Positions 45,194-64,000 of a stretch of DNA of 64,000 nucleotides are shown piece by piece. The position numbers and the translations under genes are program-made. The notes beneath the pieces were generated by a model that saw only the letters and a list, made by a program, of their open reading frames with translations, was not told the DNA's origin and did no database searches. Location: assembly GCF_009914755.1 (NCBI RefSeq), contig NC_060925.1, one strand, 5' to 3'. Numbering within the stretch: position 1 is the first letter of the stretch; every line of letters starts with the position of its first letter. The stretch comes from the human T2T-CHM13v2.0 reference genome, Homo sapiens.

Positions 45194-45409
45194 CAGAAAC
45201 ACCTTTCCTAGACAATTAAGCTTTCACAGCTACTTGCTATAAAGAGCTGAACCGAATTTTCATTTGGTACAATAATCAAAGAAGAGTACATTTTCTGCTC
45301 AGAACCACATGTTCAGTGTCTTGGATGCCTTCTATAGATTTTCAAAGATAAGCCTATTTCACAGCCAATAGAAAGACAATAGGAAGAATATAGGATTTGG
45401 TGGAAGGAG

Positions 45410-45565
45410 ACAGAAATGTGATTCTCTGTCATCAATAATTATTTCGCCATGAGCAAGTCACTTTGCCTATCTGTACTTTATCTATAAAATGAAACACATA
45501 ATACCTGCCTACTACCTCTCAGGGTTATTGTGAAGTTCAAAAGAGATCACATCTGTGAAGTACTT
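45410..45565 (+). mobile_element. MIR
   Basis: 'gagcaagtcacttt...tctataaaatg...ataatacctgcc...cagggttattgtgaag'. Confidence 0.7.
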
Positions 45566-45768
45566 CAGGTTACTGACTCCCAAATTTTAGTGTGTCTAAG
45601 AAATCCCTGGACCCAATCACCTCATAAATTCAGATTCAGAAGGCCTGAAGACAAATGCATAAATTTTCATTTTCAATTAAGCACTTCAGGTCATTCCAAT
45701 GTATGGGCTCCCAGTGATGATCATACTTTGAAAAAACTACATCAGTTTCTTCTAAAACTTTAGTGTTC

Positions 45769-46093
45769 GGGCTGGGCACAATGGCTCACGCTGGTCATCT
45801 CAGCTCTTTAAGAGACCGAGGCAGAAGGATCACTTTGAGGCCAGGAGTTCGAGACCAGCTTGGGTAACTTGGCAAGACCCTGTCTCTACAGAAAAAAAAA
45901 ATGCACACAATAAATTAGTGGGGCATGGTGGTGTGCACCTGTTGTAGTCCTAGCTACTCAGGAAGCAAGAGGCCTGGAGTTCAAGGCTACAAGCTACAGT
46001 AAGTTATGATCACACCAATGCACTCCAGCCTGGGCAACCAAGTGAAGCCCTGTCTCTAAAAAATTAACTAATTAATCAATTAATTAAAAGAAA
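45769..46093 (+). mobile_element. Alu (J-type)
   Basis: 16-bp TSD taaaactt(t/c)agtgttc. Confidence 0.93.
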
Positions 46094-46152
46094 TAAAACT
46101 TCAGTGTTCATAAGCATTAAATCTAGGTACATGTTTAAAATACAAATTTCTA

Positions 46153-46448
46153 GCTGGGCACAGTCACACATGCCTATAGTCCCAGCTACTTGGGAGGCTG
46201 AGGGAGGAGGATCGCTTGAGTCCAGGAGTTCTAAGTTGTAGTGCACTATGTCAATCAGGTGTCTGCATTAAGTTCGGCATCAATATGGTGATCTCCAGGG
46301 AGCAGGGTATGACCAGGTCGCCTAAGGACGGCAGAATGGGCCAAGGTCAGAAACAGAGCAGGTCTAAACTTCCATGCTGATCAGTAGTGGGACTGCACCT
46401 ATGAACAGCCACTGCACTCCAATTTGAGTAAAACAGACCCTGTCTCTT
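46153..46448 (+). pseudogene. RN7SL370P: Full-length 7SL (SRP RNA) retropseudogene
   Basis: Contains the S domain absent from Alu (aagttcggcatcaatatggtga...tgctgatcagtagtggga); perfect 17-bp TSD taaaatacaaatttcta (46136-46152/46475-46491); symbol recalled from locus memory. Confidence 0.92.
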
Positions 46449-46518
46449 AAAAACAAAATGAGAAGAAAATGAAATAAAATACAAATTTCTAAACCTCATT
46501 CTTAAAAATTCAGATTCA

Positions 46519-46859
<341 letters not shown>

Positions 46860-47038
46860 TTATCAACATTTAGGAGATTCAGATGTAAATGAGTTATGAT
46901 ACACCCTTTTAGAAATCCTAAACTAGATTCTTCCTCCTAAATATTTCTCAAATTGTTCCTACCTCTGTAGTATCATCACCCATGACCAACCTTAGGCTCT
47001 GATTTGAACTAACCCAAATGCCTTCTAATTAGTCTAAG

Positions 47039-47351
47039 TTTTTTGTTTTTTGTTTTTTTTTCTTTTGAGACAGGGTCTCACTCTGTTGCCCAGGCTGGAG
47101 CGTAGTGGCTCAATCACCACTCACTGCAGCCTTCGACCTCCCAGGCTCAAATGATCCTCCCGCCTCAGCCTCCCAAGTAGTTGAGACTACTGGTGCATGC
47201 CACTACGCCCAGCTAATTTTTGTATTTTTTGTAGAGACAGGGTTTCACACCATGTTGCCCAGGCTAGTCCTGAACTCCTGGGCTCAAGTGATCCTCCCAC
47301 CTCAGCCTCACAAAGTGCTGGGATTACAGACATGAGTTATGGCGCCCAGCT
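47039..47351 (-). mobile_element. Alu (J-type)
   Basis: Dimer. Confidence 0.94.
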
Positions 47352-47939
47352 CTGCTTTCGTTAAGTCTTATCCTTTAAAAATGCATGCTCTACAGAATGA
47401 TATGTCATTCTCCTACCTAAAATTCTTCCAAGAGACTTATGCTTCTTGCCAACATAGAGTAACAGGGATGAAACTTATGCTCCCACCTGAAACAACTAAA
47501 AATCTGGACCAAAAAAAGTATGAAAATTATTTCTGACAAAAGAAACAAGACAACACAGGACAGTGATCAATGAAAGAGAAAAAATAAATGAGGTAAAGCC
47601 TACAATTGTCCCCAGTTTACTTACTGGAGAATTTCTAAGCTGCAGAGAAAGGAAGGTGTCCCAAGCAAGCTCAGTGGTTTTCTGGAGTTAAGATAATGAA
47701 GTGAGGAGTTTAGGGGAGGCCAAGGTAGCTACAGTCTCCCAGAACATAGTACCACAGAGGAGAGAGCAGAAAGGAGAGGCAAGATCTCAGATAATCTGCA
47801 GGGGACCTCCTTAAATCTTGAGCTGAGTATTGATCAGTAAAACAGGGAAAGACATCCATAGGCAAGGGTATGCCAGAAAACATGTAATAACTGAAGGGTA
47901 AGTAGTATGTAGTTCCTAGTTTATAGGGTTACTAATGTT

Positions 47940-48590
<651 letters not shown>

Positions 48591-48898
48591 TGGCTCACAT
48601 ATAGTCAGGAACAACTGGTTAACCTACTAGCCACAGTAGACAACCTCATAATTTGTGGGACATGAAGTACAATGCTCAGTACCACACTGCATCAGTAGTG
48701 GTGCAAACTGAGCTCTAGACTAAAGACTATTCTGGTCTCACCTAACAAAGATGAAAAGCAAGCCTCAAAAGGATAAAGCCATTTCCAGTGAACTCCACTG
48801 TGTCCCAGAACACAGGCCAAGAATATTTATGGGAATTAAAAAAAATCCAGCTCCAAACAAGGTAAAATTGAGAATGCCTGGAATCCAATCAGAAATTA

Positions 48899-49222
<324 letters not shown>

Positions 49223-49677
49223 TCACTTAAAATGAGAAAAAGCAATCGACAGAAAAAGAACTGTACATGACAGTCACTAGATAAGAATACTAAATCAGTT
49301 ATAACTGTAGTTCTTATGTTCAAAGCAGTAGATGGATATATTAAGCAAGCTAAGTAGAGATACGTAAGTCTTTTTAATGTGAATTGATTCTTCTACTTAG
49401 AAAAACACAGAGTTTGGAATGAAAAATATGCTGGGATTAGACACTGAAAGAAAAGGTCAATCAATCTGATGCCATAGCAATAGAAACCTAACAGAGAGAA
49501 ACAAGAGTGGAAACAAAACCATGAATGAGATATAGAATATCATCAAGACGCCTAAAACATGGGTAACTGAAGTCCCCAAAAGACTGAAAGAGAAGCAGAA
49601 AAAATACTGTAAGAAATGATCCCAAACTTTCTAAATATGATGGAAATGACGAATTCACAGATCAAAGAAGCTCAATA

Positions 49678-49969
49678 AGCTAGGCATGGTGGCTCAGTGC
49701 TGTAATCCCAGAACTTTGTGAGGCCAAGGAAGGTGGATCACTTGAGGTCAGGAGATTGGGTGGGGTTCAACATAGTGAAATCCCATATCTACTAAAAATA
49801 CAAAAATTAGCCAAGAGTGGTGGTGTGTGCCTGTGGTCCCAGCTACTTGGGAGGCTGAGGCACAAGAATCACTTGAAGATGGGAGGCAGAGGCTGTAATG
49901 AGCCGAGATTGCACCACTTCACTCCAGCCTGGGTGACAGAGCGAGACTCCATCTCAAAAAAACAAAATA
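49678..49969 (+). mobile_element. Alu (S-type)
   Basis: TSD caaagaagctcaataa. Confidence 0.93.
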
Positions 49970-50329
49970 CAAAGAAGCTCAATAAACCCAAGCACAAGAA
50001 ACATGAATAAAACTACAGTAAGCCAGCTCATAACCAAACTGCTTAAAAATCAATAATATAAAGAATATCTTAAAAGCAGAGAAAAACAACACATTACAGG
50101 CACAGAGAGAAAAATAAGAATGACAGCTGACTTCTCGGTGGAAGCACATGCCAGAAAACAGTGAGGTATATCTTTGACGTACTGAAAAAAGTTGTCAACC
50201 AAAAATTCTATACTCAATAAAATGTGTTTCAAAAAGTAAGGTGACATAAAAATTATTTCAAACTTAAAATAGTAAAAAACCTATCATAGACAGACATGCA
50301 TTATAGGAAATGTTAAAAGAAGTTCTTTA

Positions 50330-50725
<396 letters not shown>

Positions 50726-51931
50726 TTAGTTTTTAAACATAAATAACTGACGAGCAAAAAATATACCAATATACTGTACAGTTTATAACATAAATGGGAG
50801 TAAATGTAATAGCACAAATGTGGGAAAGGGGACATACAATGTAAGATTCTTATACTACATGTAAAGTGGTATAACAGCACTTCAAAGTATGCTAAGATAA
50901 ATTAAGATGTATAGTATAAATCTTAAAACCACCACTAAAAAGCAGATGAACAGAGAAAAAGTAATAGTAAAAAAGCTAACAAAAGAAACAAAATGAGAAC
51001 ATGTTTAAAACACTCAATCCAAAGGACAGCAACATAAGAGAAGAAAGGGAACAAAAAGCATATAGAAAAAATAAAAAGCCAATAGCAAGGTGACAGATTT
51101 AAACTTTATCAAAAATCACTTTCATACAGCCATTTCAATTATAAATAGTCTAAAAATAGTTTCAAGCAGTTTAGTTATTTGGAAGCAGTTACTTGGAAGG
51201 AATAACAACAAATGAACATTAAAAGATTCAAGTCATTTAAACTGTGACCACGATGAAATTAAATCAGAAATCAGTGATAAAAAATACAACTCGAAAATCC
51301 TCAAATACCTGGAAATAAATAACATGCTTCTAAATGACCCATAAGTCAAAGAAGAAATCAAAGGGAATTAATGCAGCATATCAAAATCTCTGGGGAACAG
51401 CAAAAGCAGTATTTACAGAGAAATCCAAAGCAGTAAACATGTGTTAGAAAAAAAGGAAGGTCTCAATGATGTCAGCTTCTACCTTAAGAAACTAGAAAAA
51501 AAAAAAAAGGATACTATAATCCACAGAAAAAGAAGAAAAAATAACAATGAGCAGAAATCAATGAAATAGAAAACAAAAAAGCAATAGAGAAAAATCAATG
51601 AACCAAAAGCTGATTCCTTAAGAAAAATCAATAAAATTGACAAATCTTTAGACAGACTCATCAGGAACAAAATTATCAATATTAAAGAAAAAAGAGATGT
51701 TGCTATAGATTCTATAGATGTTTTAAAAAGATGGTTCTATAGATATTTTCACAACAAGGGTACCAAAACAATTCATTGAGGACATAATAATCTTTCCAAC
51801 AAATGCTGCTAGGACAACTGGATATCCACCTACAAAAGAATGACATTGAACCCCTACCTCACACCATATACAAAAATTAACTTAGGATGAACCAAAGACC
51901 TAAATGTAAGCACTAAAATGATAATGTTCTT

Positions 51932-52223
51932 GCTGAGCATGGTGGCTCATCCCTGTAAACCCAGCACTTTAGGAGGCTGAGGGAGGAGAATAGCTTGGGC
52001 CCAGGAGTTCACGACCAGCCTGGGCAACAAAGAGAGACCCCATCTCTACAAAAAATAAACAACATTAGTTGGGCGTAGTGGTGTGTGCCTGTGATCCCAG
52101 CTACTTGGGAGGCTGAGGTGGGAGGATCACTTGAGCCCAGGAGGTTGCACTGAACCAAGATCACGCCACTGCACCCCAGCGTGGGCGACAGAGAGAGAGA
52201 ATCTGTCTTTAAAAATAAAAAAA
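51932..52223 (+). mobile_element. Alu (J-type)
   Basis: Dimer. Confidence 0.93.
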
Positions 52224-52564
52224 CACTAACAAATCTTTGTGCAAATAGGTGCAAATCTTTGTGACCTTGGATTAAACAAGTTTATTACATATGATGCTAA
52301 AAGCATAACCAACAAGGACAAATGTGTGATTCCAATTACTACGTGAGTTTATCTAAAATTGTCAAATTAATAAAAACAAAAAACAGAATGGTGGTTGCCA
52401 GGGACTAAGGGAGGGGGAAATGTCACGTCATTGCTTAATGAGTACAGAGTTACAGTTATGCAAAATGAAAAACATTCTGGAGATGGACCACAGTGATGGT
52501 TACACACAATGTGAGACTATATTTAATGCCACTAAACTGTAACCTTTAAAAATGGTTAAAATGG

Positions 52565-52864
<300 letters not shown>

Positions 52865-53728
52865 TTAAAATGGTAACTTTTACGTTACATATATTCTGCC
52901 ACAATTAAAACATAAAAATTCAAAAAGCACAAGCAACCAAAGAAAAATACAGATAAATGGGGATCATCAAAATTAAAACCTTTTGTGCTTCCAAGAACTC
53001 AAGAGAATAAAAAGATAACCCATAGAATGGGAGAAAATATTTGTAATTATCTCTCTATCTATAAAAACCCTTACAACTTAATAAAAAGATAAACCTAATC
53101 TAAAAATGGGTAAAAGACTTAAACAGATATTTCTGCAAATAAAATATACAAATAGCCAATAAGCACATGAAAAAATGCTCAATATCATTAGCCCTCAGGG
53201 ATATGCAAATCAAAACCACAGTGAGATACTTCACACCCACTAGTATTGCTATAATAAAAAAGACAACAAAAACATGTGTTGGCAAAGATGTAGAGTTATT
53301 TGCACCCTCATACATTGCTGGTAGGAATGCAAAATGGTGCAGCTGCTTTGGAAAATAGTTTGGCAGTTCCTCAACAAGTTAGACATACAATTACCATATG
53401 ACCCAGAAATTCCATTCTTAGGTATACACCCAAAAATAAAGGAAAACATATGTCCACACAAAAACATGTACAAAAATGTTCATAGCAGCATTATTCATAA
53501 TAGTTATAAAGTGGAAGCAACTTAAAGGTCCATCAACTGCTGAGTGAATAAACAAAACAAGGAATATCATATCAACACAATGAAATACACTTAAGCCATA
53601 AAAAACAGTGAGGTATTGACAAATGCTGTAACATGGATGAACCTTAAAAACATTATGCTAACTGAAAGAGGTCAGTCACAAATGGTTACATATTGTAAAA
53701 TTCCCATTTATATAAAATACCCTGAATA

Positions 53729-54023
53729 GGCCAGGTGCAGTGGTTCACACCTGTAATCCCAGCACTTTGAGGGGCCTAGACAGACAGGAGGATCACTTGA
53801 ACTGCAGGAGTTCGAGACCATCTTGGGCAACATGGTAAGACCTTGTTTCTACAAAAAATTAAAAAATTAGCCAGGTATAGTTGCACATGCCTGTAGTTCC
53901 AGCTACTCAGAAGATTGAGGCAAGAGGACTGCTTGAGCCTGGGAGTTTGAGGCTGCAGTGAGCCACGATTGTGCCACTGCACTCCAGCCTGGGCAAAAGG
54001 GCAAGATTCTGAAAGAAAAAAAA
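53729..54023 (+). mobile_element. Alu (J-type)
   Basis: Dimer inside an L1 3' end. Confidence 0.93.
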
Positions 54024-54300
54024 GGCAGGCAGGCAGGCAGGAAGAATCCAGAATAGGCAAATCCATAGAGACAAAAAGGAGATAAGTGATTGCAGAGACT
54101 GTGGGAGGGAGGAAATGGTAGAAAGTGAGTGCTATAGGTATGGGGTTTCTTTTTAGAGTGATGCAAGTATTCTGCAATTAGGTACTACTGATGGTTGTCC
54201 TACTTTGTAAATATACTAAAAATCACCAAATTGTATAATTTAAAAGGGTGATTTTTATGGTTAAGTGTATATCTCAATGTTTTTAAAAGATAAGAGAATC

Positions 54301-54598
<298 letters not shown>

Positions 54599-54735
54599 AG
54601 ATAATATTACAAATAACTTCATGTCAATAAACCCAACTATTTAGATGAAATGGACACATTCCATGAAAAACTGCAAATTCCCCAAAACTCACTCAAGAAA
54701 TTATTTCTTAAATATCCTTAAAGAAAGTGAAGCTA

Positions 54736-55043
<308 letters not shown>

Positions 55044-55550
55044 TTATAGTTAAAAACTTGGCAAAAATAAATTCCAGGCCAAGGTGAGTTCACTGGTAAA
55101 TTTTAACTATGCCACTTGATATACATTTAAGGAAAAAAATAATCCTAATTCTACCCAAACTCTTCTAGAAAACTGAAGAGGAACATTTCCCAACTCATTC
55201 CATGAGGCCAGGATTAGTCTGATTTCAAAACCAGACAAAAAAATTACAAGAAATTTGAACTACAAACCTATATTCCTCATAAACATAGATGTAAAACTCC
55301 AAACAACTTTTTAACAAACCAAATATAATAATATTTTTAAAATAATACACCATGACCAAATGATGTTTATCCCCAAAATGTAAGACTGGCTTACATGTAC
55401 ATAAGGTTGGTTCAATGCAATTCACTCTATATTAACAGACTGAAAAAACAAAACCGAAAAGAAAAAATAGGAAATAAACATAACTGGCCCTTTTGACATC
55501 AGGCCTTACATATTGCCTTATGTTTGGTACCCACGCCTCTCCATAGATAG

Positions 55551-56136
<586 letters not shown>

Positions 56137-56255
56137 TATGATAAGCCAATAAAAGAGTTAATATTTATATAATGTGATCAAGTAAAGGGTTTTTAAGATC
56201 AAAATTAATTTTCTTCTAGAATTACCTTTACTTTGATTGGGTTTAGTCAAGTTTA

Positions 56256-56442
56256 AGCCCCTTCAGCCATGTGAAGACACAGTGAGAAGATGGCCACTTA
56301 TAAACCAGGAACTGGGCCGTTGCCAACACTTAATCTGCCCTTGGACTTTTCAACCTTCAGAACCATGAGAAATAAATGGCTGTTGTTTATTTGCTACCCA
56401 GTCTATGGTTTTCTGTTACAGCTGCCCAAACAGACTAAGACA
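56256..56442 (+). mobile_element. MLT1-type LTR 3' half
   Basis: 'gaaataaatggctgttgttta...cccaaacagactaagaca'. Confidence 0.8.
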
Positions 56443-57641
56443 ATAGCTAATGAGACAGACAAACAGACAAGGCAGATAGATAAAACTCTCCTTCAGGTAG
56501 CAACAAATAAAGCTGAATTTGTCAGCAGTAGAGCAACAGAAGCAGAGCACTAATATGACATCATTTAAACGTACTGACTTAGCTCAGCCTGAACCAGACA
56601 AACACCCTGGACTTTTCAGTTCCAAAAAATCCCTTTGTTGATCTATGACTTAGAAGAAGAAATGAGATGAGAAGGCACCATATATCATTCTTAGGTCCAA
56701 ACCAGCTTGTTAAATCCTGGAACAGACTAACTTGAAAATGATTATTGGACTAGCAAGACTGATTCATTTCAAGATACATTAGTTTAGCACACACAGTGTA
56801 CTATGTACTTATCATTAAGACATAATCTCAGCTCTGGACAGCCATTCATCTTCAATGGACATTCATAAATGAAGCATAAATAATTCAGCAAGGCCTAGGT
56901 GAAATGCCTGATGTAAAGATCCATCTATATATTTAATTTTTACAAATGTTTCCCTTTCATCAACTTACAGTTTTCCTCACAACAATATATTTTATAGCTG
57001 CCTAACTGTATACTGCATTTTGAAAATGCTTACAAAAAATTTTAATTCTTGGCTTGCTTTAAATATTTTTTAAATTTGTCAGTTAAATTTAGGAAAAAAG
57101 TCAAAATTTCCATTAATTTTATTTAGTGATACTTATCCTTAAGGATGTTATTTAATGTCAATTTTTTTTAAGGCCAGTGACAGGTAATAAATAAATGACT
57201 ACTTAATCCTCTCTAAAAGCCATGCTCCATCTGTCTTAAGAATTCTCAATGGTTTCTGTCAACACAACAATCAAAAAGACTAGGAAAAGTCTTAAAAGCA
57301 AATAAAATAATCTAAAGGAGACGGATCAAGGTAAAGATTCACAATGAGTTAGGATATTTTACCATTTCTCATGGGACAGAGTCCTCCCTGAAATATCTTT
57401 TGATATCAAAGTCAAGGTCTGAATATCAAAATATTGAGACCTTGAATCTTATCAGATATGCACCATTGCTCTAAATTCTTGAATTTGTACTGTCTTCAGA
57501 GGGCACAAAAATTTTTACCAGCATATTAACCAACCTCTAAGCTGGACTCTCCGTCACCTCTAAGAATCTACAGGACAGGTAAAGCAGTTCCCAAGCTAGT
57601 TTCAGTATTTCAAAATCCCTAAGTGCCATAACAGATCATAT

Positions 57642-58509
57642 ATAGTTGATTCTCATAAAGTTGCCATGAGCACTGAATTATCAAATACTCAATACAAGAG
57701 AAATTCAGAGTGAAGTTCCTGCTAGCCTCTGACTAAAACATTTTCAACAGCCTAACAACACATATCCTTGTTTTATCTGTACTTTTATTTAAAAACACTT
57801 TTATTTCTTTATTTATTTACTTACTTTTCGAGACAGTCTCACTTTGTCGTCCAGGCTGGAGTGCAGCGGTATGATCTCGGCTCACTGAAACCTCCGCCTC
57901 CCGGGTTCAAGTGATTCTCATGCCTCAGCCTCCTGAGTAGCTGGGATTACAGGTGTGCACCACCACGCCCAGCTAATTTTTTCTATTTTTAGTAGAGATG
58001 GGGTTTCACTGTGTTGGCCAGACTGGTTTCTAACTCCTGGCATCAAGTGATCCACCCACCTCGGCCTCCCAAAGTGCTAGGATTACAGGCGTGAGCCACC
58101 GCACCCAGCCTAAAAACACTTTTATATTGCTGATTCATAAACACGGAACTCACAGTCAACAGCACTATAACTTTTCATCACAGCCTTCTTGCACTTAGGA
58201 ACACTATAGACAGCACTTTAGCACTACACTTAGGGGCAATTTTAAACAGTGAAACCACCTCTAAAAAAAAAAGTGGGAAAGATGTAGCACTAAGTAAATA
58301 GACAAGAGAGCTAGAACAAGGCAGCAGAGAGTCATTTTGTTTAACCTCATTTGGAAATGTGTACATCAAGCAACTCAAATTTCACCACTCTGAACATGTC
58401 CGCAAATGACTGCGAAAGTGCCAGACATATTGATTTGGGGGTTACAAATAAATTTTAGCCAGTAAATGAGTTCACAAACGTGGAATCCAAGAATAATGAG
58501 AACAGACTA
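57642..58509 (-). mobile_element. MER82-like (TcMar-Tigger) element split by an Alu; abuts a MER2 5' fragment (58510-58555)
   Basis: 'ggggttacaaataaattttagc...gtggaatccaagaataatgag'; then 'agtcatccctcagtat...gggggattggttctaggacccc'. Confidence 0.7.
57803..58110 (-). mobile_element. Alu (S-type)
   Basis: TSD taaaaacacttttat. Confidence 0.95.
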
Positions 58510-58724
58510 TAGTCATCCCTCAGTATACGTGGGGGGGATTGGTTCTAGGACCCCAAGTATAGGTATCCAATAAATAATTGTTAAATTATTTAACAAGCAT
58601 ATAGTATCCAATAAATGTTAAATGAATGGACAATTATACAAAATACAATAATTTAGACACATCCACAATATAAAGTACAAATATAGCTTACCCCATTTCA
58701 ACAACCACTTAACATACTAGTGTA

Positions 58725-59066
<342 letters not shown>

Positions 59067-59173
59067 TCAATGTGAATTTTAAAAATCAGAATTCACACAA
59101 CACACACTTAATTTGGCATCCTGGCATTTATTCCCCACTTAAGCCACATAATTAAGGGCTAAATTGTCTGGGA

Positions 59174-59492
<319 letters not shown>

Positions 59493-59801
59493 TAAAATTG
59501 TTAATGGCCATATAAAAACTGTATAAATAGTTTATAATTTGACCATTTCCATTCTGTTAGGACATTTAAGCTGCTTCTGATATTATACTATTTATTATTT
59601 AAAATGCTGTGATTAACATTCTTGTACACTCTATGTCTGCATTTGATTATTACCTTAAAACAGACTTATTGGGTCACAGCATATAAATGTTTCCATCCTT
59701 GAAGGACACTGTCAGGTGGCTTTTAAGATAAAGCTTCATTTGTTAAAAATTCTAAATGCATTTTTAAATGACTATGCAAGAAAGTTCATTAAAATATACT
59801 T

Positions 59802-60005
59802 CTTTGGGAGGCCGAGGCAGGCGGATCACCTGAGGTCAGGAGTTCGAGACCAGCCTGAACAACATGGAGAAACCCCGTCTCTACTAAAAATACAAAATTA
59901 GCCGGGCGTAGTGGCACATGCCTGTAATCCCAGCTACTAGGGAGGCTGAGTCAGGAGAACTGCTTGAACCTGGGAGGCGGAGGTTGCGGTGAGCCGAGAT
60001 CATGC
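59802..60005 (+). mobile_element. Alu (Sp-like), truncated at both ends, no polyA
   Basis: Starts ctttgggagg, ends gagatcatgc, followed by (AT)n. Confidence 0.9.
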
Positions 60006-60209
60006 ATATATATATAAAATATATATTTCTGAATCATACTTTACATAGAAGACTTAATAGGCTTTACTAATTTGCTATCACTCAATGTAGCTTTAAGTGT
60101 TTTAATATTACTAATGAAAGAAAAATGTTTAATTTAGTTTAATTCGATTTATTATCTCATTGAATTTTTCTAATATACTTAATCAATTTTTAAATTTAAA
60201 AAACCAGTT

Positions 60210-60558
<349 letters not shown>

Positions 60559-60651
60559 CTATGTTTTGATTACCCAAAAAAAAAAAAAAGTTCCTTTTAA
60601 AGTATTACTAGAGGAGTGAGGATTGGGGGAAGGCAGAGCTCAGTTGTTGTG

Positions 60652-61570
<919 letters not shown>

Positions 61571-61962
61571 AAGGCCACATTACTTCTATCCTATTATTTT
61601 AGGCCCCAACTCTCAGACTGCTTCTCTCTACACTTCATACTACCATCATGACCAAATTCAAGCTTTCTACCATTCTGGACTAATTTCTATTTCTTCCAAT
61701 TATATACAGAAATAGTTGATCTAAAAAGAATCACACATTTATGAACACACAATAAACACAAACACGTATTTTTCATTTATAAATATTTTTCTAGGAAACT
61801 TCAAACCCAAATTCCTAATTTACTCTAAGTGCATTTGTTACCCTAATTTGCCATCATTAAATTGAGCTTTAATTGCTTTAACGCAAAAAAAAAAAAAAAA
61901 AAATCATTGAATGCCCTTTAGGAAAATCACTCAGAACACCATACAGTTAACAATGGTACAGA

Positions 61963-62309
<347 letters not shown>

Positions 62310-62649
62310 CTAAAAGGGCCCTCAGAAGTTATTTAGCCTAGAAAACATACCATACTGGCTTTTCTGACACTTAGCTGCCCTAATCACAGAGGAATGATTA
62401 AGGGCATTGCAGTTAGATACCTGGTAAAAAATTACAACCTCTCTGAGGAGAGATTAACTACTTTTCTCTTCCATGAAAGAAAAAGGCACACCAATCTTGA
62501 ATAATTATCATTCCATATCAGATTATGGAATGTCTGGCATAAAGTGGGCACTCAAAATTGCTTTCTTTTTCCAAGTTAGAGGAGTCTCTTAAATCACAAG
62601 ACACCCCCTTTTCATCTCTTGATTATAGTTTCAAATTGCTAACAAGGAA

Positions 62650-63285
<636 letters not shown>

Positions 63286-63447
63286 TAAACATGAAGCAAA
63301 AAAACTTAAGATATCACAAATATGGAAGGGTGGGAAATTTGAACATACCCTGTAGTGACTAGAATTGGAAGTATCAGTGTACTCACCCTGAATCTAACCA
63401 CAAGAAATTCAAACTGAGGGACACTAAATACCTGGCCTAATCTCTTA

Positions 63448-63998
<551 letters not shown>

Positions 63999-64000
63999 AT

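Overview
This is human-like (primate), AT-rich intronic DNA lying inside the ZZZ3 gene (ZZ-type zinc finger 3, an ATAC histone-acetyltransferase subunit), transcribed from the minus strand. Three short 5'-UTR exons (42351-42484, 42213-42275, 40278-40431) and one giant 1556-nt exon (32681-34236) are visible. The giant exon carries the start codon (34185) and the first 501 codons. Exon 1, the promoter and the downstream coding exons are outside the window. The rest is intron packed with about 44 Alus, a near full-length old L1, other L1/L2/MIR fragments, LTRs (THE1, MER21, MST, MLT1), DNA transposons (MER1A, MER5, MER63, MER82), a full-length 7SL pseudogene and an internally deleted 5S rRNA pseudogene. 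There is no prokaryote-type system or CRISPR array. The most interesting signals are: (1) a uORF-dense leader whose last junction-spanning uORF becomes the in-frame N-terminus of a short isoform if the giant exon is skipped; (2) MYC-like WDR5- and HCF-1-binding motifs encoded only in that exon; (3) an Alu carrying an inverted, perfect 34-nt copy of its neighbour's tail and unique flank; (4) three retroposon insertions within about 86 bp of ancestral sequence. Repeat subfamily names and pseudogene symbols are from recognition or memory, not from a database run.
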